64,000 nt of DNA from contig NC_086117.1 of NCBI RefSeq assembly GCF_963921235.1, positions 30,504,001 to 30,568,000 of the forward strand, in the 5' to 3' direction. A program made the translations under genes and the position numbers. Positions 24,895-37,404 of the stretch are shown piece after piece. Every line of letters starts with the position of its first letter. Positions within the stretch are counted from its first letter, which is position 1. A model generated the notes under the pieces. It saw only the letters and a list, made by a program, of their open reading frames with translations, did not search any database and had not been told where the DNA came from. The DNA comes from Mobula hypostoma (taxonomy: Eukaryota).

Positions 24895-25697
24895 TGGCAA
24901 AAGATGTAAGGTGGAGAACATTGTGACTGGTTGCGTCACAGCTGTATGGAGGCTTTGATGCATAGGATTGAAAGAGGCTGTAGAGGATTGTGGACTCATC
25001 ACATGCACCACCCTCCTCACCATCAATGGCATCCTCACCACCCTCCTCACCATCGATGGCATCCTCACCACCCTTCTCACCATCAATGGCATCCTCACCA
25101 CCCTCCTCACCATCGATGGCATTCTCACCACCCTTCTCACCATCAATGGCATCCTCACCACCCTCCTCACCATCGATGGCATTCTCACCACCCTTCTCAC
25201 CATCAATGGCATCCTCACCACCCTCCACACCATCGATGGCATTCTCACCACCCTTCTCACCATCAATGGCATCCTCACCACCCTCCTCACCATCGATGGC
25301 ATTCTCACCACCCTTCTCACCATCAATGGCATCCTCACCACCCTCCTCACCATCGATGGCATTCTCACCACCCTCCACACCATCGATGGCATTCTCACCA
25401 CCCTTCTCACCATCAATGGCATCCTCACCATTGATGGCATCCTTAAGAGGAGGTGCCTCAAGAAGGCAATATCCAACAATAAGAACCCTCACCATCTTGG
25501 ACATGGCCTCTGAGAGGAGATACAGGAACCCCAAAGAGGAAATCAGGAGAACACACACCAGTTCTCACCAGCACCACATTATTCCTTTTATTTGCACAAT
25601 TTATTTTGTAATTTATAGTAATTACAAATTACCACTGCTGCAAAACAACAGAATTTTCAAAATATAAGACAGTGATAATAAACCTGATTCTGATTAT
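24895..25697 (+). mobile_element. Rex1/Babar-type LINE 3' fragment containing a minisatellite
   Basis: gtggagaacattgtgactggttgcgtcacagc (VE.I.TGC.TA), RL.R.V remnant and aataaacctgattctgatt tail. Confidence 0.7.
25006..25430. repeat. Minisatellite, 14 x 30 bp (caccaccctyctcaccatcratggcatyct)
   Basis: Period of 30 is directly visible, with alternating unit variants; it explains the five repetitive ORFs here. Confidence 0.97.
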
Positions 25698-26534
25698 ACC
25701 AAAAGCATGAGAGATATTTCCCTTACATTGAATTTCTTTTGAGTTTCAAGACATTTAAATATTGGACCATATCCTAGTATTCACTTCTGATTCATATTAA
25801 ATCTGATCTGTGTCAACCAACAGTTAATCCAATTTTTTGTGCTATTGATATTATCATTCACTCAATCTCTCTTCTGCATATTAGTTCAAGTAGAATTAAA
25901 ATCACTATAAATCAAGATATTTAGTTTCTGTTTACATTTTTATAATATGATTCCTCAGATAGCCCCATCACTCTCAAGAGTAATCACGCCTCTTAAAAGC
26001 AGGGCATCGTTGTATGAGTGGCTTTATTTGTGCCTTACGTAAGTCAATGTTCTTTTTTATGTATAAACTGAAGAAATGAGTTTATTAAACCATGTAATCA
26101 TTCTCAGGTCAGATCATGTCTTGTGCATTTCCATCAGCAATAAACATTGGGTCAGATTTCTATTCCTTATCCCTGAACTACAGGGATTAGATATTATCAT
26201 CTCCAATAGGTGTCCTCAGCAAAAGGAATGCAGGAATGTCATGTCTGATCAGATAATGGGCACTGCACTCCATTCCACCTATGTCATAGTAACTGCTCTC
26301 CAGCATTATGTCTGGGATAGTTTAGATGTGCACACTACCAATGCCTCGGTGATCTTTCTCAAGGAAAAACATGATGCTACTTCACAAGATGATGCCTAAC
26401 ATTGTAGCAACCTACTGCAAAACTGCAGTTGACTTTCTTATTTCATTCTTAAAATAAATATAAAATGGCATGAGTTTCTTGAAACAAGAATTTTTTGTTG
26501 CTTGTGTAAATTATTTATCCCATAGATATCTCGA

Positions 26535-26905
26535 AGTTCAAAGTAAGTTTTATTATCAATGTACATATATATCACCATATACTACCCTGAAATTCATTTT
26601 CTTGTGGCAAATTCAGCAAATCTATAGAATAGTAACTTTTACAGGTTCAATGAAAGATCAACCAGAGTGCAAAAGACAACAATCTGTGCAAATGCAAATA
26701 TGAATACTGTAAATTGCAATAAATAACGAGAACATGTGATAGTGAGCTTAAAAAAAAGTAATTGAAAGTGTGAAGTTGAATGTAGATATCCCTTTTTGTT
26801 CAGAACCTGATGGTGAGGGGTAGTAACTGTTTTTGAACCTGGTGGTGTGGTCCTGAGGCTCTTGTACCTTTGACCTGAAGGCAGCAGTGAGAAGACTGCT
26901 GGTCT
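26535..26905 (-). mobile_element. Rex1/Babar-type LINE 3' UTR fragment
   Basis: Reverse complement of the 31460-31855 region (caagagcctcaggaccacaccaccaggttcaa; aaacttactttgaactt tail). Confidence 0.7.
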
Positions 26906-27479
26906 GAATGAATATAATTTTGTAATACAGCAATAACTTACAAACCACCTTCCAGCTCTGGTTTTTAATCATTCTGTGCCATGTTTATGAAGACTGGTTT
27001 AGATGTTAACTCCCTGAGCTAGATGTTGAGAAACTGATCCCACCCCCTCCATCTCAGACTCAGAAAATTGTTGGTTCATGCTTTGTTTCAGCAAAATCCA
27101 GGTTAACCAGGTATGCTGAAGAAGCTGGCACCTTTGGGATTAGGCATTGAACCAAAGCCTTGTTCACCCACACAGGTAACAGAGAAGATATTTTAAATGA
27201 AGAAAAGAAGTGTTCATCTCATTACTTTGACTTTTGTTATTCCATCTAAAGACAGGTTTAAAATCTGGGATATGGTTGCAGGAAATTAATTTCCCGCTTT
27301 ATTGCATCAAATGTTAGTTTCAGTAGAATGTATTGAGGTATCTCTATCTCATGAAAGGTATTACATAAGTTTTCTGGGAAAATGCTTGTGCAGTATACAC
27401 ATAAAGAGGGTTCATTTCTTGGCAATTAAATTGGATGAAAGCCTTCTCACAATCTGAAAACTTAGTAAAAAAAAATAAA

Positions 27480-28085
27480 CACGAGAAATACCGTACATGC
27501 TGGAAATCCAGAACAACACACTCAAAATACTGGAGGAACACAACAGGTCAGGCGCCATCTATAGAAGTGAATAAATAGTGAAGGTTTCGGGCCAAACACC
27601 TTCATCAGAATTGAAAAGGAAGCCAGAATAATAAGGTGAAGTGGTGGCAGAGGAAGAAGTAGAAGCTGTAAGGTGATAGATGAAGCCATGTGATGGGGGA
27701 GGTAGATGGGTGGGAGGGAGGGATGAAGTGAGAAGCTAGGTGGTGATAGGTGGAAAAGATAAAGGGCTGAAGTCGAAGGAATCTGATAGGAGATAGGGAA
27801 GGAGGAGGAGCACCAGAGGGAGGTGATAGGCAGATGAGGAGAAGTGAAGTAGCAAGAGAAAGGAGCAGGGGGTAGAAAATACGTGAAGTTAGAGAAATCA
27901 ATGTTCACACCATAAGGTTGGAGGCTAGCATAATTTATGAAGACAGAATATGAGGTGTTGCTCCTGTAACCTGAAAGAGGAGTAGAGGTGGCCATGGACC
28001 GACATGTCAGAATGGGAACAGGCAGAGGAATTGAGGGATGGCCAGTGGGAAATCCAACCTGTTACAAACAGAGTGTAAATTCTCA
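27480..28085 (-). mobile_element. Penelope-like element 3' fragment with hammerhead motif
   Basis: Minus-strand ASLQPYGVNIDFSNF; pLTR with ctgatgaaggtgtttggcccgaaac at 27584-27608. Confidence 0.85.
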
Positions 28086-28744
28086 ATAAAAAAGCTAATT
28101 TTTAGGTGCTTATTAAAAATAAACACTCTTTAGACACTGTACTGCTCAATATACCAGTTGTATTCAATTGCAAGCAACAGAAGATCACCTCCTTCAGCAA
28201 GTCCCTTCATCCTTTTTTTTGTTAGACTTGGACAGCCTCCAACTACAGATTTATAATGTTTGAATATACAGTAGATATACAGGCAAAGCAATCCTATCTG
28301 TTGACTTTGGAGTGATGCTAAATTTACAGTGTAAAAAAAAATTTGCGCTGTTCCACCTGCATTTATTTATTGATGTAGTGGTGAAAGGGATCAGTATTTA
28401 ATTTGATGTCATAATTCATATCTAGAATTAAATCTTCGCAAACTATATTTTCCAAATAAAAATCACCACAAAGTAAATGAATACTGCGGAAAGATACTCC
28501 CTTCCAAGGCAAAGTTTACCATGAACAGTGCGTCTACCTAGACCAGTAAGGAAATAAACTTTGGCAAGAAAGTCTTATCAAGGAGAAATAAATATCAAGG
28601 TTAGATCTTTTTCCCATCTGCACCGCAGGGGAAATAAGCAACATCACTAGATAGCTAGTCTCCATCAAATAGCAATGTTTAGCCATTTTGACACTGACAT
28701 CACTCTGACATGAGAAGCACAAGTTCTAAACTGTTACCATTGTG

Positions 28745-29033
28745 GGGGTGGCACGGTAGTGTAATGGTTAGCACAACGCTTTATAGTACGAGCCACCTGA
28801 GTTCAATTCCCTCCACTGCCTGTAAGGAATTTGTATGTTCTCCCCAGACCATGTGGGTTTCCTTTGGGTGTTCCAGTTTTCTCCCACTGTCCAAAGACGT
28901 ACCAGTTAGTAGGTTAACTGGTCATTGAAAATTGCCCTGTGATTAGGCTAGGGTTAAATCAGGAGTTGTAGGGCAGCGTGGCTCAAAGGGCCGGAAGCGC
29001 CTGTTCCATGCTGTATTGCAATAAATAAATAAA
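28745..29033 (+). mobile_element. V-SINE/HE1-like SINE, near full length
   Basis: Head ggtggcacggtagtgtaatggttagc, B-box gagttcaattcc, V core and aataaataaataaa tail. Confidence 0.85.
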
Positions 29034-30274
29034 GACATAAATTTTGGTTATTATCATCTAATGGCCGATGCCAAGAATTTATAAAGCAAGCAAATGTACA
29101 ATCCCAAAGAGGCTCCATCGGAGTTCACGATTGAATGCGTGTTACTGGAGCTGTAATGCAGCAGTTCTAATAAATTTCAACCTAACGGCCAATCAAATAT
29201 CTAACCAGATGTTTTTACAATCGACTTATGAAAGTTTGAATGAGCACAGAAACCCATTTCAGATTTTACAAGTTTTCCTGAGACCAGTGAGAACAGAGCC
29301 AGATGAGAATTGATATGATAACTTCCATGCCACCAACTTATTTTGCCTTCATTCAAAATCGTATGTTATCAGAATCAGGTTTATTCTTACTGAATTGCAT
29401 GACATGGAAATTTTTCTTTTGCAACAGTTTTGTAGTGCATAGCAAAGTTACTAGAAATTACAAAAATAAATAAATTATGCTTAAAAAAGGCATAGTGAGG
29501 TAGTGATCATCGGCTAATGCACCACTTAGAAATCTGATGGTGGAGGGCAAGAATCTGTTTTAAATTCTTTAGTAAAGGTGTTAAAGGAATTTTCTCATCA
29601 TATTGTTCATCTCAAAGCAATCATAAATCAGTAGTTTTAGGAAAGTTGGAAAATAAAGCAAACACTGAGACCTTCACTTGTCTTTCTGCATGGCATTGGG
29701 GTTGAAGTTTCCTAGTCTTGTAAACATACAATAATTACATTATGGGGATACTGGTCTGGATTTTGTGCTAGTCATGACAGAGAAATTAATGACTAGTGCC
29801 TTCCCTTCTCAATGAAAGTGATGGCACCTATGAGACTCTCATGCAGTCATAAACAAAGTAGAAACCCCATAAGGCATTCCAGTGATTAAATGTTGTGCTA
29901 CAGATATCCTCCTCCATTATCCAATTGCATTCTCCCATTAACACCTTGGAGGTAATACTTCAATTGATATTACTTAACTAACTTGCATTCTAGTCAAGAG
30001 GACTAGTTGAAAACACTCAAAATCATTATTTTTTTCCTGAACTAAACTAAACTTTATGAACATTTCTAGACTGTTTCACTGGTCTGATATTTTATATTCT
30101 GTGTTTTTTGATGTTTGCATGATTTGTGTTTTTTTGCACATTGGGTGTTTAATGTTTACTTTGAATGGGTTCTTGGTGTTTCTTTGCTTCGTGCCTGTCT
30201 TCAGGAAGAAAAATCTCTGCATATATACTTCGATAATAAATGTACTTTGAATCTTTGATCTGGGGGCATTTGAG

Positions 30275-31855
30275 ATGATAGACTTATGACTTACTCTTTA
30301 TGCTTTACACTTACCACTGTACAGATAAGCACAGCCCCAATGCTATACTTAAGTTTTCTAATGATAGCACTGCCACTGGCCAAATCAAAGGTGGTGACGA
30401 ATCAGCATATAGGAGGGAAACTGGAAATCTGGGTGAGTGGTGCCACAACAACCTTTCACTCACTGTCAGCAAGACCAAGAGCTGATTATTTACTTCAGGA
30501 GGAGGAAACAGGAGGTCCATGAGCCGTCTTCATCAGGGGATCAGAGGTGAAGAGGGTCAGCAGCAGTTATCAATGTTATCATTTCAAAGGATCTCTCCTG
30601 AGCCCGGCAAGTAAATGCAATTATGAAGAAAACACGGCAGCGCGTCTACTTTCTTAAAAGATTGCAAAGATTCAGGATGATTCTAAAACTTTAAAAAACT
30701 TTTTTAGATGTTTGGTGGAGAGTATATTGACTGGCTGCATCACAGCCTAGTATGGAAACACCAATGCCCTTGAATGGAAAATCCTACAAATGTAGTGGAT
30801 ACTGTCATGACTGTGAATGAAGTCACCAGAGAGACACAGCTGGTACATATTATATTTGGGACACACACAAGCTGTCAGTTTTTGGAGTCACTCGAGAGAG
30901 AGAAGCTCCCCGACACATCACTACAGCACATTTTTATATGTTAAGGAACAAAGGTGACATTGTAACTTTTTATAAAGTTACAATGCCTTCATAATGCTTC
31001 TTTTGAGTTGCATGTAATTTTGCAAATACCTGGATCTTCCCACCAACACATCCAAAATGAGTAATTGTCTGTGAGTCATATTCATGATTTGCAGACATCT
31101 CGCGTCAGTGAGGTGCTGATTGCATTTATGCATATGCAGATACCTCAGGCTAATTGGATGTTTAGTGGTCTGCAATCTATTCTAAAATGTAGCTCCAGGA
31201 AGACCATTACACTGAGCTGCATTTTAAATTCAATCTGCAATCCATATTCAGATTTGAAGACTGGTTGCTGTTGCAATTAATATTTTCTATATTGCACATC
31301 TCCAGAATACGTTCTAATACTTAAGGCCCAGTCCATCATGGGTAACGCCCCCTCCCACTACCATTGAGTACATATACAAGATGCATTGTTGCAGGAAAGC
31401 AGCATTCATTATCAAGGACACCCAACACCCAGCTCATGCGCTCTTCTTGTTACTGCCATCCGGAAAAAGGTACAGGAGCCTCAGGACTCAGGAACAGTTA
31501 TGTCACCCCTCAACCATTTGGCTCTTGAACCAGAAGAGATAGCTTCACTCAACTTCACTTGCAAAAATTTGTTTTCACAATCTATAGATTCACTCTCAAG
31601 GACTCTTCGTCTCATGTTCTTGATATTTATTGTTTATTTATTATTATTATTATTACTATTTTATTTTTCTTCTTTCATTTAGTATTTACACAGTTCATTG
31701 TCTTTTGCACACTGGTTGTGGACCAAGTTGGTACGGTCTTCCATTGACTCTATTATGGCTATTGGATTTATTGAGTATGCCTGCAAGAGAATGAATCTCA
31801 GGGTTGTATATGATGACATATATGCACTTTGATAATAAAATTGCTTTGAACTTTG
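30275..31855 (+). mobile_element. Rex1/Babar-type LINE 3' part, interrupted at 30803-31319
   Basis: LKFSNDST..G.IKGGDESAYRRE..NL.EWC.NNLSL.VSKTK and RQRVYFL..VESILTGCITA; resumes at ggcccagtccatc (31325); tttgaactttga tail. Confidence 0.85.
30803..31319 (-). mobile_element. Probable solo LTR inserted in the Rex LINE
   Basis: Unrelated block of about 517 bp splits contiguous LINE sequence; starts TGT and ends TAATA (possibly a decayed TAACA); TATA-like catataaaaa on the minus strand; no clean TSD. Confidence 0.5.
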
Positions 31856-33090
31856 ATAAGTGGAAGGAGGAGTAGACCATACAAACCTTCAAATCTGCAC
31901 GGCCATTCAACAAGATCATGACTGATTCTCGAAATAAAATGCACTCCACTTTCTTTGATCCTTGCCTTGAGTGTACAAAATCACCACCTATCCATTTCTG
32001 GAATATTGGCATAATAATCTAAGAAATAGGAGATAGAAACAGCTACATGGCTCCTTGAGCCAAATCTACCTTTCAATAAGGTTATAGCGATCTCTCACTT
32101 TCATTTTTCTGCCAGTTTTCCATAACCCTTTACTCCATTAGATCAAAAAGTTAATTGTTTTTACATCTATCAAATTGAATGACTAACTCTAAACTTTCTG
32201 AAATAGAACATCCCAAAATTTCATGACCCTCCAGGAGAATTAATACTTTTCGTCTGTGTTTTAATTGGGAGACCCCTTATTTAAAAACTACACCATCTGG
32301 TTTTGGGTTCTTATACGAGGGAAAACACTTTCTCAGAACTGCTCATTCTTCTAAATACCAGCATGGTGTAAGCCTTTCTTCGTTAAACAAACCTTTTACC
32401 CGAGGAATTAACTAGTGCACCATCTCTGTTTCTTTCTCCAGAAAAGTATATTTCAACCATATATAGTACAAGGACATGTTATTATCTATATCCCTGCCTG
32501 CCATATGTTGTTCCTTCTGCTTCCCTTGCTTGGAACACTAAGCTTTGGTTCATCAAATGCATTCTGACAAGTCTGTCCATCAGTAACTCAGCAGGTGTCT
32601 GTCCTGTAGTTCAATGCGGTAGCCAAATAAGATATGTGCAGCTTTTGTCTCACTTTCACCTCCTGTCATCTATTTCAGTCCACATTTCACAGTCTCAAAC
32701 CAACTACTCGACTAGATGATTGGCAGCTGGCTGGTTTAGAGCTGTGTGCAGATGCTTGACTTCATCCCTTTCAGCATATTCAGCATAAATTCTGCCATCT
32801 CAATAGTCCTTTGCAATATACTCTGGAAAACGCTGAATGGCAAAGGCACATTTCAACCTTGAAATCATCATCTGAGCTGCAGAAGTACTGCATTATGTAT
32901 TCTGTCCATTTAAAATGTTCTTCTATCAAATTCATTTTCCATATGAATAAACTTCCAAAGGACAGATGTCTTCAATCATGGAGTACTTGGCCAGGTCCAG
33001 GGGCTGAGAGCATTTACTTGTATATTGTTGGAGAGTTCTGGCATTACTGATACTACAGGAGATCTCCTCCAAATGCTTGCCTATTCCAGG

Positions 33091-33936
33091 TGTGACGAGA
33101 ATACACATAGATAAGATGTTAGCTGTCCTGTGTGATCAGCAGTTGGTCTCCCACCTGTCTTCAAGAGAGAGATAAGGAACACAATGAAACAGCATCTGGA
33201 GATGTGTAATGAAGGGACGGGAGAGAGAGAGCTGTCTGGAGCGGCTCCCCCTTTGAACCCTGAACTGTTTGAAGTGATGGACAGGCGATACCCCAGCAGG
33301 GGCATAAAAAGGAACAGGTTCGCTAAGGCAGGACACACGACACCCGAGGTAACGAGACCCTGGAAGCGGTGCGCCTCTCACGAGTCGGTGGGAAGTATCG
33401 GACAACGCACAGGGTGGAAAGGTACGATCAGCGGGAACCCGGTGTGCGTCCGCCCTTGCTTGGGTGCCGAGTTCACTGCAGAGGATCGACCGCACCTGGA
33501 GGAGGGGTCACAGTCGGTGACCTCAGGTGACATCACCAAGGACCTGCCCAAAAGCTGCTTGTGAGCAATTATCGCCGGTCTGAGAGTGGAAGCCGTTTCT
33601 GAATGATCAGTCGTTCCCATTCTCTCTCTCTCTCTCCCCCCACATTGTCCATCGCTATGGCAACGATTACTGCGAACTGAACTAAATTGGACTGAACTTT
33701 TGTGTCACTTTGAAATTTGGTCATTTACCCCTAGACAACGATAAAGCTTGATTGATGCTGTTATCTTAATTCTGTGCACATGTGTGTTTATCATTGCTGA
33801 ACTGTTGCATTTATTATCCTTTCGATTACTGTGTTGCTTGTTTCTTTAATAAAACTTTCTTAGTTCTAGTAATCCAGACTCCAACTGAGTGATCCATTAC
33901 TGCTGGTTTGGCAACCCAGTTACGGGGTACGTAACA
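33091..33936 (+). mobile_element. Solo LTR (young, CpG-rich)
   Basis: TGTGACG...CGTAACA termini; cagg/tagg 4-bp TSD with one mismatch; TATA-like gcataaaaagg at about 33302; AATAAA at 33848-33853. Confidence 0.85.
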
Positions 33937-34571
33937 TAGGCCACTGGACAACACTTCTGATGAGCTGTTTGACATGAGAGACATCTAGATGTCCTTCACA
34001 TGATTGCTTTACAATAACCACTTTTCTCTAATGAAAGAACAAATTATGGACCCTAAGTAACCACATCTTCCTGCGAGCTTAGCTCATACCTTTCCTATGT
34101 AACATTTGAATAATAATATATAATATTCACATTGCCATTTCTAACCTTGGTAGGTGTGATTATGCACCAGTTTACAAAATCACAACATTTCCTACCTTTT
34201 ATTCCGAATTTCCAGAATATGCAGTTTTTTTTAGGCTTCTTTCAGTTCTTTAATTATTCTTCAGCCTATTCTTTTATATTTTAGAGTACAGCCCATGAAT
34301 TGAAGAGCAGAAGTAAAAAATATTAAAAGATGAAGCTGGGCTTCAAATCCAGCATTTCTGCCTTAAAGTTCATGTATCACTATTAGCTTGATCATATGAA
34401 AAGAATCCAGGTGTGTACTTCATTTTCATTGAACATATGACTAATATTATTTAAATTCTGCTCACTCATCATTGACACATCATTAGTATCAATTTTGGTT
34501 GACACACTTTCCTTCAACGTGAACTGCTACATGGAGTAGTTCATTGAAATTCTGATAGTATGAACTGTATA

Positions 34572-35110
34572 CAGCTTAGTGGCTACTTTATTAGGTACAC
34601 CTGTACACCTGCACACCTGCCTATAAATGCAAATATCTAATCAGCCAATCATGTGATAGCAACCTAATGCTTAAAAGCATGCAGACATCATCAAGAGGTT
34701 CAGTTCTTGTTCATGCCAAGCATCAGAATGGGGGAAGAAATGTGATCTGAGTGACTTTGACTGTGGAATGGTTGTTGGTGCCAGATGGGGTGGTTTGAGT
34801 ATCTCAGAAATTGCTGATGTGCTGCAATTTTCATGCACCCCACTCTCTAGAGTTTACAGAGAATGGTGTGAGAGCCAAAAACATCCAGAGAGCAGCCGTT
34901 CTGTTGGCAACACACCTTGTTAAAAAGAGGTTGGAGGAGAATGGTCAGACTGATTAAATCTGACAGGAAGGCGGCATTAATTAAAATAATTATGCATTAC
35001 AACAGTGGGGTGCAGAAGAATATCTCATGAATTTACAACACATCAAACATTGAAATGGATGGGGTACAGCGGTAGAAGACCACAACCAAACACTCAGTGG
35101 CCTCTTTATT
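34572..35110 (+). mobile_element. Internally deleted Tc1/mariner transposon, second copy of the 13118-13674 family
   Basis: Left TIR cagcttagtggctactttatt after TA; transposase N-terminal remnant; truncated within the right-end structure. Confidence 0.85.
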
Positions 35111-36164
35111 CATGTGGTCCAGCCCACCATATTGTCTCGGCTGACTAATGCATATAAAGCCTTTTCCTGTTCTTCACGATAGGTTTTGCATCATTTAGTT
35201 GCTGATTTTCTCAACATCTTGTTTTGCTTTCAAACAAAATGGTGACCGATGCTCCTTGATACCTCTATCATGAAAAGCAGGTTCTGTGTGTCTGTCTTCA
35301 TTAAATGAATATCATTTGCTGTCACAACAATAACAACATTGGTGGATCATCCTTTTTTTTTCTGAATGTACAGCATTCAGCATATTAACACTGTAAAAAT
35401 TCTCATTAAAAGATCTGCAAACCCTATGCTTGCTGAACCACAGTGTTCACTGCTGAGGCAATATCAGACACCTGCTTAAAATGTAGTTTCTTCTCACTGA
35501 ACAGTCTTCTTTAAGGACATATATCCTGGAGACCATAAGGCCTGTGATCTCCCAACATCTTTTCCAAACTTGCACTACTCAGCAATCTGTCTTAAGTCTG
35601 GAACAAAGCCTATAATAGTTCTATCTGGATGTTAATTCCAGCTGTTACAATTGTAGCATCATGCTGTAGGATGGCTTGGGGCTGGGGTGGGTGAAGAGCT
35701 CGTGCTGTTCAATTAATTAACAACTCTTCAAATATCTCCTGATCTGACTGGAGAAAACATAACTTTGTTGAATTGTTTGTTCATCACTTGCCGCTGCGAG
35801 TGAAATGGACATTTGCAATGTCATTGCAGCAAAGAGACATTACTTTCAGCCTTTCTACATATTCAGTCCATGATTCAATTAAATCATTGTTTAAAAAATG
35901 TTTGAATTGTGGTCACCTTGACATGATTCTACTATGACACAACTGATTCAATAATGAAAGTCTAAATGACTGAAAGTCAGCTCAGCCTACATACTTCATT
36001 CCACAGCCCAAGAGGAATTACCTGAAAATCTTATGGAAGACATGCAAAATCTAATTCTGAAGACATCCTGGTTACTCTTCTTTCATTCTTGATGTCAATT
36101 ATTGGAATAGAATATTCAATCATTAAAAGAGTGAAAACAACGATCATTATTCAGTGGTTAAAGT

Positions 36165-36516
36165 GTGTGCAGGGTGGAGATATGTCTCTCTAGAGGAGGT
36201 GTTAGGCACTCTTTCCCTCTGCTAACCTGCAGGTCACTCCTGGGCAAGGTGTAGCACCTACTTAGACCCTTGATCAAGGCCATGTGAAGCCATGGGAGCA
36301 GGTGGTGGATGGTCATATGAGTAGTGACCACAGACGCCAGACAGACACTCTCTGAAGTGTATTGGTAATGGCTGGGATCACCTGACTTGTAAAGACACTG
36401 CCCAGAAGAAGGCAATGGAAAACCACTTCTATAAAAAGATTTGCCAAGAAAAACCATGGCCAAAGACCATGATCTCCCATGTCATGTGACACGGCATATA
36501 ATGATGATGATGATGA
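36165..36516 (+). mobile_element. SINE-like repeat with an RTE/BovB(Sauria)-type 3' motif
   Basis: Second copy at about 40245-40600; contains gaaggcaatggaaaaccacttct..ttgccaagaaaa and a (gat)n tail. Confidence 0.65.
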
Positions 36517-36914
36517 AAGTATTTGCAGCTTGGTATAAAAAGTTACTTCCACTTGGTGCATTCACTCACTGACGAGCATTACTAAAATTGAAGCTTCCAC
36601 TACCAACACCCAGCATTATACCTGCATCTTGGTGATCAAAACCCTGTAGCTGGATAGGAGATCTTTAATGTAACTGCATAATACTTTTTATTAGACCAGG
36701 CACTGCTGATACATTCTGTATGTAAAAAGTAAGGACATGAGCTTTAGAAGCAAGGTCCTGTGAAGCTATTCTGACTAGATTTGAAACAAATGAACAGCTT
36801 TGTAGCCCACGTGAACAGGAAACAAAGCGGCAGCAAACAAATGGAGGTAAAATGATTCAACTGAAGAATGCCCAAGATGTAGACAGTGGTGAAGAAGTAC
36901 TTAAGAAAATGAAC

Positions 36915-37030
36915 AAGAGAAGATTTGCAGACGCTGGAAATCCAAGCAACACACACAAAATGCAGACCAGGCAGCATCTATGGAAAAGAGTACAGTCAAT
37001 GTTTCAGGCCGAGATCCTTTTTCAGGACTA
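36915..37030 (-). mobile_element. Penelope pLTR fragment with a mutated hammerhead
   Basis: Reverse complement reads gtcctgaaaaaggatctcggcctgaaacattgactg..gatgctgcctgg..ttccagcgtctgca. Confidence 0.75.
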
Positions 37031-37404
37031 GAGAAAAAAAGAATTACAAAAACTGTTGTTCTACCCAGAGCATGAGCCCATTGTTTGGCCTGCCAAAGCT
37101 AAAGCAATGGGTTTGTTCGGACTTTAACTACAAGTACAATTTCTATCGCTAGCAAGAGTCAACATCATACAATATTGAACATAGAACAGTGCCGAACAGG
37201 AATAGGCTCTTTGACACAAGATGACAGTGCCAATGGTGATGCCAACATAACCTAGGCAATCTGCCTGCACATGGTCTATAGCCCTCCTGTTCATATGCCT
37301 GTTTAAATGCCTCTTTAACATTAAACATGGAACAGTAGAGGACAGGAGAAGGCCATCCAGCCCACTATGTTGTGCTGACCGAGCTAAGAAGCAAATCAAA
37401 AACA

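Noticed and set aside
25006-25430. CRISPR-like regular repeat
   Set aside because: Head-to-tail tandem units with no unique spacers, no cas genes and a vertebrate context.
24784-25667. Five long repetitive ORFs (e.g. HHPPHHRW.., SPSMASSPP.., GEDAIDGE..)
   Set aside because: All arise from the 30-bp minisatellite inside a LINE remnant; there are no splice or homology signals for a real protein.
28745-28815. tRNA-like sequence with A/B boxes (also near 380, 5000 and 48710)
   Set aside because: These are SINE heads followed by V-SINE core and tail; no complete cloverleaf.
33081-33620. Several 80-126-aa ORFs in a GC-rich patch that looks like a CpG island
   Set aside because: They lie largely within a solo LTR; the elevated GC explains the open frames and no domain is recognisable.
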